Below, one piece after another: positions 53,850-64,000 of a stretch of 64,000 nucleotides of DNA. The notes below the pieces were generated by a model that saw only the letters and a list, made by a program, of their open reading frames with translations, was not told where the DNA came from and did no database searches. The DNA is taken from positions 95,294,001 through 95,358,000 of the forward strand of contig NC_088798.1 in the NCBI RefSeq assembly GCF_011386835.1. Reading direction: 5' to 3'. The translations under genes and the position numbers were made by a program. This DNA is from Chrysemys picta bellii. Taxonomy: Eukaryota. How positions within the stretch are numbered: position 1 is the stretch's first letter; every line of letters starts with the position of its first letter.

Positions 53850-55815
53850 AGAGACATCTGTCAGAGACAGACAAGATGGGGGAGGTAATATCTTTTTTTG
53901 GACCAACTTCTGTTGGTGGAAGAGACAAGCTTTTGAACTACACAGAGCTCTTCTTTGGGTTTGGGAAAGGTACTCAGAAGTGCCACAGCTAAATACAAGG
54001 TGGAACAGATAACTGCTTATGCTGAACTAACACAACTTGTATTGGCTTGTTAACACCTCTGCAGTCATAGGAGGGTTAGCGGGTTATAGGTTGCTATAAT
54101 AAACCATAAATCCAGTGTCTTTATTAAAACCATGATTTTTTAGGCCAGGTCTACATTAAACACTCACTTCGGAATACTGTAATTACATTGCTCAGGGGTG
54201 TGAGCAACATAGTTATACAGTACAGACTTTAATCCCCTCCTCCCCGTGTAGACTGCTTCTCGTGGAGGTGGAGTTATTAAACCAACAGGAGAGTTCTCTC
54301 CTATCATCTTAGAGCATCTTCACCTGAAGTGCTACAGCGGCACAGCTGCCTCAGTACAGCTGTGCTGATGCAAGATTGTAGTGTAGTGTAGACCTGCCCT
54401 GTCTAGCAAAGTTATGAATTTAAGCTCCCAGGCTCATCTTTTGAAAGTGTTGTGTAGGTTTCCTTTGAGTACAAGGACTGAGGTGTCAAATATGGAGTGA
54501 TCGTTTTATTAAAAGTATTTGCCCATGGGTGATACAGTGTTGTTGTCTTTTATCATTTTTCTGTTAATTTTTTTGAGAGAAAAGTGATTGTCTGGCTTCA
54601 TCCACATAATTATTAGGTCATTTAGTGCACTGGAAGAGATATGCCACATGTCATAATAGACATATATAGGACCCCTGGATCTTGAAAGATGTGTTGTTTA
54701 TCATAGCATTGGAGATATGTCTGCAGGTTTTGTATGTGTTGTTATGGCAGTGTCGGGTGACATTTTGAGTTGGTGGGTCCTGGTCTGCTTCTGATGAAAA
54801 ACTTGGTGAGGCTGGAAGGTTGTTTAAAAGCCAGAAGAGGGAGTTTGGGAAAGATTTCTTTCAGGATGTCGTTCTCATCAAGTATGGGTTGTAATTGTTT
54901 GATGATACCTTGTCTGTGACCCCGTGTGAGGTTTTCTTGGGGTATTTGGGTGGCTGTTCCATTATGTGATCTTCTTCTCTGGTGGAGTGTACTGATTGGT
55001 TTTAAATGTGTTAGGGCGTATATCCAAGACTTTCACCTCAGTATATTCTGTGTTATCTGAAGGCCTTGCTATAAATAACAGATTTCTTGGTGTTTTTGGG
55101 ATGGATACTGGATCTGTGAAGGTAAGTGTGGTGATCCATGGGTTTCTTTGTATATAGCTGTCTATAGGGTTCCATTGTTGAAGCTGATCATGATGTCCTG
55201 AAAGTAGATGCTTCCATGGGAGTGTTTTAGAGAGAGTTTGATGGATGGGTGGAAGGGTGAAATCTCTGAGGGAGTTTAGGTCATCTGTCCAGAGGGTGAA
55301 AATATCATCAGTGTATCGCAGGTATATCATTAGTTTTGTGGTGCATGTGTCCAAAAATTCTTTGTCAAGGTATCCCCATGAAGAGGTTGGCATATTGGGG
55401 AGCCATCCTACTATCCTGATTGTTCCCATGGTTTGGACAAAGTGTTGGTGAATGTGAAATGTTATGGGTGAGGATGAAATGCATATGAGTTTGGTGATGT
55501 TTGGGGTGGATATGTGAGTGTTGTCCATTGTCTTGTAGATATTTGAGACAGACAGTGATGCTGTCCTTGCGAGGGAAGTTGGTGTATAGGGAGGTGACAT
55601 CAATTGTGGCAAGGATGGTATTCTGAAGGAGGTTGTCAATATTGCGGAATTTCTGGAAGAAGTTAGATGTGTCCTGGTGGAAGGTGGCCATTTGTGTGGT
55701 CAGTGATTTGAGGATAGTTTCTATGAGTCCTGATATTCCTTCAGTAACAATGCCATGGCCAGATATGATGGGTCTGCTTGGGTTCCCTTGTTTGTGTATC
55801 TTGAGAAGTGTGTAG
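53850..55815 (-). mobile_element. Decayed Penelope-like retroelement (RT + GIY-YIG), 5'-truncated
   Basis: RT motifs ATIDVTSLYTNF, MAPQYANLFMG, YLRYTDDIF; GIY-YIG remnant HVAYLFQCTK*PNNYVDEARQS at ~54585-54650; frameshifts and stops; terminal repeat at 53850-53960. Confidence 0.9.
54143..54399. mobile_element. Harbinger-type MITE nested in the Penelope element
   Basis: ggccaggtctaca / tgtagacctgccc termini interrupt the Penelope sequence. Confidence 0.75.
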
Positions 55816-55944
55816 ACAGTTCAGTTCAAATATACTCTATTGGATTGACAAATTCAACAAGCATTGCCAAAATATGAGCAGACAGAAACCTTGGGTTTCT
55901 GTCGCATCAAGCATCTGCTTAGAATAAACTATATTCTGTAAAAG

Positions 55945-56585
55945 CAGAACTGCCAATCCCAAGTGCTCAAAAATCATGAGCCATGTCCACCCCAAATCAT
56001 GTGGTTAAAAAAACAGTGAATTTTGGGTTCTGTTTATTTGCCTTCTGGTTTTTGAACCCCTAGAATGCACATTTTCTAGTTTTTCTCTGCAACCATTGTG
56101 GTTAGAAATGTATTTATATTTTCATTATAAGAAAATTGTTTTTCCCATGTAATCCCATGTCTCCAGAAGCTAGGGCTTTAAGAATAACACTAAATATTGT
56201 GAGACTTGTGATTAAATTGTGAGAGTTAGCAACACTGAAAGCCCTTATATTATAGACCCATCACCTGCATTCTTTTGGTTTTATGAAGGACCATACTCAG
56301 AATGTTATCACAAGTATAAAGCAATACTGCCGTCCTCAAGCATACAAATATCATAAAATTGGCATAAAACCATGATTTTATAAATAATAAATGTTGGGGG
56401 GATGCGCATTCTGTTGTTTAAACAGAATTTTTAATTCTTTCATTGCAACCATAAAGGCATAAAAGTACTTGTTTTTGTTAAATGAAATCTACAGGTCTCA
56501 TGTAATCAGCTGTCTCCAGGATCATGGACTTTAAGAAAAACACCAGATACCATGAGACATGATAAAATTGCAGGTGTTGGCAATA
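55945..56585. repeat. Two adjacent copies of an AT-rich dispersed repeat; further pieces at 58775-58900 and 59920-60020
   Basis: Shared blocks aaaaatcatgag, catgtaatc...ctttaagaa, and gttagcaacactg / gttggcaatatt right ends. Confidence 0.5.
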
Positions 56586-57689
56586 TTCAAAGATTATTCA
56601 AGGCAGGACCGTTGCATTTTCAACGTAAAGAGCTCTTGTCTGCTGAGATACCATCATTTTTTGGCTCACCACTATCGTATACCTGAGAAGAAAAAAGATT
56701 TTAACAGCTCACCTCATCAGCAGGTCTTCCCTAACATGTCCAAATCTCTGTTGAGTCTTCCCTCATTTTTCCTACTGTAACACCCTAAGGCCCGTTGGAC
56801 TTGATGGAACTCCCTGAAGAGTCTGTCTGTTGTCTATTGATGTTCTGTTGAAATCTCAGTGGAATATTGATGGTATAAGCAGGTTAACAATGGAGGTGCA
56901 TTTGTCCTGACATGCCTGGCAAGTTTATACAGCAACTAAGGAGTTAATTATAAATGTTTTCCTATATCCCCTCTGCAATATAAAACAGTTTTGAGATCAA
57001 CGGATGAAAAGCGCTATTTAGATAAGTTGTATTTATTATTAAGTAAACATTCTGCCATGCTGGGGGTGCCCAGCTAAGACATAACGGCCCCAACAGTTAA
57101 AACATAGTTGGAGCTTGCTGTGCAGACTGGTCCATACCATGTTTTGCTTATGTTTCTGACTAGTCAAGCAAAAATTCAAGACTGTGTCACATTTTGAGAA
57201 CGTGATTAAAACACAGCTTAGCCCCATTTATGCTGCAAAGACAAACTATGTCTTAATTGTGTTTGGAGAATGACTGTGATATAACCAGAAGCTTCAGTGT
57301 CAGATGGATTCCAACAGTCATTAGATAAATATATAATTGAGGTCTTGGTAGAACAGGAGAGTGGACAAGCTGCTCCCTGGTACCACAGGAGGGCAGACTG
57401 GCTGCTTTCTGTCAGTGGGATAGGATTGCAGGCTGGCGGCTTGCCACAGGGGCAGGAGGCTGACTGGGCTGTTCTCTGGTGAGTCAAGACAGGGAGCAAA
57501 CAATCTGCTCTCCAATAGAGCAGGCTACTCCCCTGGTCGGATAGGATTGCTAACGGGATGCTCCCTGGTGAGAGTGGAGAGTGGACTGGCTGCTCCACTG
57601 GGACAAGTGAGAGGAAAGACTACTCCCCACTAAAATAGAAAAGTAAGAGAAAGAAAGACACCGACTGGGGAGAGAGAAGGATAGAAATT

Positions 57690-57790
57690 ATGCAGGCTCT
57701 CAGTTTACCCATCTGTAACATAGACATGATAATAATACTTACCTAACTCACAAAAGTGTCATAAAGCTTCATTAATGTTTGGGAAGTGGT
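57690..57790 (+). mobile_element. MIR-like CORE SINE fragment
   Basis: ctcagtttacccatctgtaa...gataataatacttacct matches the CORE consensus; weaker copies at ~1280-1440 and ~50880-51100. Confidence 0.65.
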
Positions 57791-59159
57791 TTTTAATTCT
57801 GAGATAAAACATACAAATTCAATGTATCATAACCACAATGTTTCCTTTTCTCTACCTCTGCGTTCACTTCTCCGCTTTCCTGCTCAAGGTTACAATGATA
57901 GGTCTAACACATGGCAGAGAAATTCACAATATTTAAAGCAGGAAGGGCTCTTACCCCAAAGACTGTTGAGTAGTCATTGCTCTGGATGTTTGTAATTCCT
58001 TATAACAAGTTCAGTGACACCCCTTTGGCAGCTATAGGTGGGCTGCAAATTGCATCCTAGTGGTAATGAAAAAAAAAAACTAATGAAATGTTTAAGCTTT
58101 CATGTCGTTGGGTGTACAGTGCAACATCAAAGAACAAAGCTGCTCCTTTGACTCTGTGAGTAGTGTATAGTACCACACATCAGCAGTCACATAAAGTTAA
58201 AATACCATATTTCCTTTTTTATGCACTTTCATTTTGAGAATGAGATCCCCTGCAAGGAGATGGGTTGGAGTACATCACCAGACTCACGTCACGGGGGTGT
58301 TAATACTAGTGTACTTGAGGCTATGACAACCTCCCAACACCTGTCTGTAGCATGTGACTTGCTCACCCTCTGCTGTGACAGCAGTATGTTGGGATTCAGC
58401 CAGGAACCGAATAGAGAAACAGATACTGCATATGTGGGAAAATAACTCACAAACCCAAAAGAGAATGTTCTGAACAATACAGTGTATAAAACCAATGAAA
58501 AAAACAATCCAAAACCAACTAACCTATGGCAGTCTGGCCTGGCAGACTCTAGGTCGCTCTGAGATAAAATCCTGACCCAACTGAAGTTAATGGCAAAACT
58601 CCCATTGACTTCAATGCAGCCAGGATTTCATCCTTGAAATAAATACTGTAAAGAGTGTTGTTAAGGAGCCAGAGCAGGAAACAGAATTTGTTCTAATGAA
58701 TAGAGTTAGCATTTATTGCTAGACGAAATTAAAACAAGTACTTACACAGTACAGAGGTAAGAAAAAGAAAATAGTGTTCAAAAATCATGAATCAGGTTCC
58801 AAAAATTCATGAGATTGGCTTAAAAACTCACTAGATTTTCAAACAATACATTTTGGATACTTTTTTATTTGACTTTTGGGTTTGAGCCTGGGTCACTTTT
58901 TCAATATTTCCTCTGTAACTAGGACTTCTAAACCTCCGCCAATTCAAGGCCAAAAGCAAATCCCAGCAAAGTGAAATAACGGACCTACTGTATGCCAATG
59001 ACTCAGTATTTGTTGCCCTTTCCAAGAATGATCTGCAACATCTTCTGAATTCCTTTGCCCATGCTGTATCCCTTTTTGGCCTCTGTATTCAAGTAAAGAA
59101 AACAGAAATCCTGTACCAACAATCTCCTGGCAGAAACCCATCACTTTCATCACCACCAG

Positions 59160-59840
59160 AAATAAAATTGAATGACTGCCAATTAAACAATGTCAAATCC
59201 TTCTGCTAACTAGGTAGCACAGTTATCGATGACATCAGCATTGACAAAAAACTTTCAGCGCGCTTAAAGTCAGCTGTCTCAGGTTTCAGTCGTCTACAAA
59301 AAAGACTATGGACAAGACAGGGAGTTGAGTATCCACAAAATGCCAATTTTACAGAGCTGTTGTGCTTCCTTGTCTTCCATACTCATTAGAGACCTGCCCC
59401 CTTTATCGTCACCATATCAAAAAACTTAACTGTCTGCAACAACGCCACCTACGCAGCATAATGGGAATCAAATGGTCTGACAAAATCACCAACAGTGAAG
59501 TATTACGGCTGGCAGCCATGCTAGGCACGGAAGCCATGCTAGCACGGAGGCAAATGACCTGGGTCAGCCATGTTATATGTATGGATAACAATCGACAGCC
59601 TAAGATAGTTCTACACAGTGAATTTGAAAAAGGCTGTAGGAAGGTTGGTTGCCCCAAACTCCACTACCAGGATTGCATCAAGTGGCACATACTGTCTGCT
59701 GGGCTGGACTTAATGGCCTAGGTGGACAGGCAAGCGTGGTACTCTGCTATGAAGGAAGCAGAATGAGCAACAGAATATCGTTGTGCCATGTTGGCCGACA
59801 GTAGGAGGAAATGTAGACACCAACTTGCCTTGGCACGTCT
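59160..59840 (+). mobile_element. RTE-clade LINE 3' fragment
   Basis: LGSTVIDDISID...YRAVVLPCLPYSLETCPLYRHHIKKLNCLQQRHLRSIMGIKWSDKITNSEVL...WVSHVICMDNNRQPKIVLHSEF. Confidence 0.9.
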
Positions 59841-60199
59841 CCTGAACCCTACATGTGGAAACTGATTTTGAATCATAGTCATACTTGAATACAAGCGATA
59901 GTCATTAAAAAAAAAAGGAGCGCTAGAAATTTATTTTTTTAATAAATTAAAGATGAGAGTCTCATGTAATCCCATAACACCAGGATTTCAGACTTTAAGA
60001 AAATCACCAAATATTACAAACCACAAAAGGGTCATCTTGAAATAACATTTGTTCACAGATCTGGGAGTTGTAAGAAACCTGCCCTCATTTTTCAATTGTT
60101 TTAGTCTCCTTCCTTCCTTCCTTCATTTATTTTTCATTTTTTGTTTTTGTTACTCTCTTTTAATAAAATGAAGTGATTAAACCTCTCTACAGTGGAAAT

Positions 60200-60640
60200 A
60201 GATCTTAATTGTCTTTGCTTACTATTTTGTTGTCCACAACACATCTTCTGGATTCACTAATTTGCATATGTACATATTTTCTAAATACTCCCTTATCTGT
60301 TCTTTATCAATACCGGTAGTTGTCTTTACAATGTCTTCATTACTTCCTAACTGACAAACTCTGTTATTAACTGTCCTTTCTACTGACAGATTTAAAAAGA
60401 GCAATTTAAGAGCCATTCATGATTTTACTTCCCCTCTTCATTTATTATTGGACCTACTTTCTCTCTAGTATTTTTCCCCCAGATATACTTGCTAAAATTC
60501 ATCCTATTTTCTCTAACACCTTTGGCTGTATTAATTCACTCTTTTTCCAGGTCTCCATTCCAGCCAAGCGGAGTGTGGTGAAGAAGTGGGAGCATGGGAA
60601 AAAATAGCTTTGGCATATTCTGGCTTGCCCAACTGCGGGC
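60200..60640 (-). mobile_element. Old CR1 ORF2 fragment
   Basis: Remnant IDKEQIREYLENMYICKLVNPED resembles CR1 ORF2 upstream of the RT domain. Confidence 0.4.
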
Positions 60641-60651
60641 ATAATTTAGAG

Positions 60652-60872
60652 CAGCGGTTCTCAAACTTTTGTACTGGTGACCCCTTTCACACAGCAAGCC
60701 TCTGAGTGCGACCTTCCCCCCGTATAAATTAAAAACACTTTTTTATATTTAACACTATTATAAATGCTGGAGGCAAAGTGGGGTTTGGGGTGGGGGCAGA
60801 CAGCTCACAACCCCCCAAGTAATAACCTCGCGACCCCCTCAGGGGTCCCAACCCCCAGTTTGAGAACCCCTG
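60652..60872. mobile_element. hAT MITE
   Basis: cagcggttctcaaac / gtttgagaacccctg TIRs; perfect 8-bp TSD atttagag. Confidence 0.9.
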
Positions 60873-61832
60873 ATTTAGAGCAACCTCTAACATCTGATCA
60901 GTTTGTAACAGATCCTTATGGGCTCCTGATTCTTTTTGTTTAATTACAAACACCATCAGCACACCTATATTGTTCTGAAATAATGTATATTTAGAACCTA
61001 TTTTGTTAACCCACCTTCAGACTGTATATATCCACCTACCTGGATATACCCCACTTTGGTGTTTGAAGCTGTTTTTCAAACACCAGCCTGGAAGACAGTA
61101 TATGTAGCATGGCCCAACTGAGCACTCCAAAGACACAGCAAGGGCCAGGGTTGTGGAGCTGGCTGTACAGGCTTTTGGAACGACGCTGCCGCAGAACTGA
61201 ACCCTCTGTGCGGCGATAGGAGAGGGCAGTCAGAGAAGCACCTCCACCACTTTTATGTTGCGAGCCCACCACCATCAGTCCTCCAAACCACAAAAAAGCT
61301 GAAAATTCATCCCAGGCTGCAAATCTCACAGTACTTTTTAAGGATTATCGGATATGATGGGTTGTAGAATTTTTGTTTGTTTGGCCATTTTGTGGGGTGC
61401 AGACCACAAGCAGTTGTGAATCACTGACAAAAATAGCACTGAGAACAAAGGCTTTAAACATTTGACTCATGGGTTATATCTGGCCCGCATGATGTACTTA
61501 TGTGGCCAACATGGCATATTCAGAATCTGCTGTACCTAATATTTTATTTTAAAAAAAGAGATAAAGACAGGGTTCCAATCTCAGTTATCCCAGTGTTATT
61601 CTGTTATAAAACCGTTGACTTCGATAGAGCTGCTATGAAGCTATGCTACTGTGGGAATTGTGGGAAGGAACTGGAGGATTAATGCCTATTGATTGTTGTG
61701 TCCTGGTGCTAATCTGCATTTACAGCAAAGAGAGCTTGAGTGAGCAGCATTCAAGGGAAGCTCACTTGAGGTGTGCCCTATACATACTGACAGGGCCATC
61801 TGCCTTGAGTGATTCCAACAGCAACATGTAAT

Positions 61833-62772
61833 TAGGGTGACCAGACGTCCCGATTTTGTCGGGACTGTCCCGATATTTGCTCGTTTGTCCCGCGTCCCGA
61901 CCAATGTTTGGTCGGGACGCGGGACAAACAAGCAATTTTTGCCCTCCGCTCTGGCTCGCGCCCCCTCCCTCGCCCCAACTCCGCCCCCTCCTTCCCCCAT
62001 TGGATAGCTCCCCAAATCCTCGGCCTGGCCCCACCCCCTCAACTGCCCCATTGGATCCCTCCCCAAATCCCCGCCCCCTACCGAAGCACGCCGCATTCCT
62101 CCTCCCTCCCAGGCAAGCGCTGGAGGGAGGAGGCCCGGGGACAGCGGGATGAGTCCGGCCTGGCCCAATCGCAGGCAGGAGGGCGGGGGGTACCTGCAGG
62201 GGGGCAGCCCCGGGTCCAGCCTGGGGAACCGGCTCCCTACGCGCCCATGGGTGGGGGGGCAGCAGCTGTCCGCGTGGGGACTCTGGTTCCTCGGGGCTTC
62301 ACCTCCGCCACGTGTGCCCCGGCCCCGGAGGGGTGTAGTTGGCGCTGGGTGCCAGGCAGATGCCTCTGCCTGACACGCGGCGAGGGAGAGGCGGAGTAGC
62401 AGCTGGAAGGGCCGGTCGGGCTGCACTCCCGGGCCCGCGGGGAGCTGAAGCCTGCCAGGGAAGGGGCTGCCACACGCTGGCGCGCCCGCGGCCAGCCCAG
62501 GACGGTCTCCGCGCAGGGACTTGGCGGGGGTGCTCCCCCTGTCCGTGCCCATCTCCGCGGCATCGGGCTCCGGGCAGGGGTTGTTGCATCCCGGGACCCG
62601 GGGGCCGCTGTTTACCGGCACCAGCCTAGGCGCTTTCCGCTTGTTCGTGCTTTTTTTTTTTTTTTTTTTTCTCCCTACCGGCTTTTTTATTTTTTGGCTC
62701 CGCCCCCTTCCCCCCCCCCGCCCCCCCCCCCCGCGCGTCCCGATATTTCGCCTCTCTGATCTGGTCACCCTA
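61833..62772. mobile_element. Young CpG-rich non-autonomous hAT element (TAGGGTGACCAG TIR)
   Basis: TIR tagggtgaccaga / tctggtcacccta; perfect 8-bp TSD catgtaat; subterminal gtcccg repeats. Confidence 0.92.
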
Positions 62773-63209
62773 CATGTAATTGAGGGGAGTGTTGTGTCTG
62801 GAGAGGAGGCGAGTTCACAGGAACAATTGAGCCATAACTCTATAGTCAAATTACTAATGAAGACAAGCCCACTGAGATCAGAATCTGGCCTGAAGTTTCT
62901 AGCCCTCATGGTTGCAAAAATAACTGTTAAAATGTTAACTGAAAATAAACCAGTACTGTGATATCTGCCTAAGTCTGTAAACAGCTGGAAATAATTTCTC
63001 TGAGAAGTATGAACTTCCCTGCCTACCATTATTCATGGGGAGATCTAAAGTTCCCTTCCCAACTCTAAATGTAAGCATTAATTTCTTCACTGCTTATCTT
63101 AACAATGAAAAGGGAAAGGGGTTGGGAGTGAAGTCCTTGGATGGGGGGCGAGGGAGCAAACCGGTTTCTTCTGGGAACAAATACAGAAAGAAAGAGAAGA
63201 GACAGTGAA

Positions 63210-63506
63210 GGTATGTCTACACTTTGAGCTGGGGGTGTGATTCCCAGCTCAAAGACACATAGCTGCACTAGCTATGATCAAGTGTAACTAAAACCAAAGT
63301 GTAGCTGCAGTGGTGAGAGGGGATAGCTGCCCTGAGTGCATGCCTGTCAAAGGTGCTAGATACATATTCGTGGCAGTTAGCCCCGCCCATCATTTGCGCT
63401 GTCACAGCTACATATTATTTTTAGTGTGCTACCTTGATCAGAACTAGCATGGATATGTCTCCTCAAGCTGGGAATCTCACACCCAACTCAAAGTGCAGAC
63501 AGACCC
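63210..63506. mobile_element. Harbinger-type MITE
   Basis: ggtatgtctacactttgagct / aactcaaagtgcagacagacc, with long subterminal inverted arms. Confidence 0.75.
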
Positions 63507-63748
63507 AAAAACAGACGAGGGAGAGAAAAAGGAGGATGGGGAAGAAACATAGGGTAAGGATAATGAGTGACCTAAAGGAGAGCAGATTTGCCCATTGAGT
63601 GATAATGCAATAATGATAAGATATTGATTAAATTATAATAATAACTAAAAGTTTACTTATTATACAAAGGCACTGTTCTATCCTTGATCTCTGTTCAAAT
63701 CTTCCATTAACCTCAGTGAGAGTTCTGCTATGGATTAAGGGATGTACT

Positions 63749-63990
63749 CAAGTATCAGAGGGTAGCCGTGTTAGTCTGAATCTGTAAAAAGCAACAGAGG
63801 GTCCTGTGGCACCTTTGAGACTAACAGAAGTACTGGGAGCATAAGCATCCCAGTACTTGCATCTGAAGAAGTGAGGTTCTTACCCACGAAAGCTTATGCT
63901 CCCAGTACTTCTGTTAGTCTCAAAGGTGCCACAGGACCCTCTGTTGCTTTTTACAGATTCAGACTAACACGGCTACCCCTCTGATACTTG
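63749..63990 (+). mobile_element. Penelope-like terminal palindrome with hammerhead-like core
   Basis: ~98-bp arms 63749-63846 / 63892-63990 differing by one indel; core CTGAAGA-A-GTGAG(GTTCTTA)CCCAC-GAAA-GCTTATGC-TC at 63863-63901. Confidence 0.78.
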
Positions 63991-64000
63991 ACACCATGCA

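Noticed and set aside
61036-61329. 97-aa minus-strand ORF with a CAG|gtaggt donor at 61040
   Set aside because: No recognisable protein and no convincing acceptor; cannot be supported as an exon
61686-63029. 447-aa ORF, the longest in the track
   Set aside because: It spans both hAT boundaries; the basic stretch comes from a T homopolymer; no DDE or BED motifs

Overview
Vertebrate genomic DNA; the repeat families suggest a turtle (inference). Two intact minus-strand genes lie head-to-tail. (1) A complete 19-exon HSPA4-type Hsp110 gene: CDS 52989->19120, 2526 nt, 841 aa, all introns GT-AG, CpG-island promoter at ~52.5-53.4 kb. (2) An RNF14-type RWD-RBR E3 ligase gene: six coding exons 10722->564 (1367 nt); the last coding exon is not recognisable and probably lies left of the window; CpG-island promoter at ~14.2-15.1 kb. 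Introns and flanks are rich in transposons: Penelope-like elements (one decayed RT/GIY-YIG copy, a 0.2-kb internally deleted copy, and two near-perfect palindromes with hammerhead-ribozyme-like cores), two DIRS elements (one a 1.1-kb miniature keeping both termini and the ICR), hAT, PIF/Harbinger and mariner MITEs, and RTE, CR1 and MIR-like fragments. I found no wholly new protein system. The best leads are the candidate hammerhead hairpins, the miniature DIRS whose terminus forms a consensus splice donor in HSPA4 sense, and the HSPA4-RNF14 adjacency, which differs from human and may mark a rearrangement or retained paralogs. Exon coordinates were checked by hand against splice sites and phases. 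Repeat boundaries without a TSD are approximate. Human comparisons are from memory.
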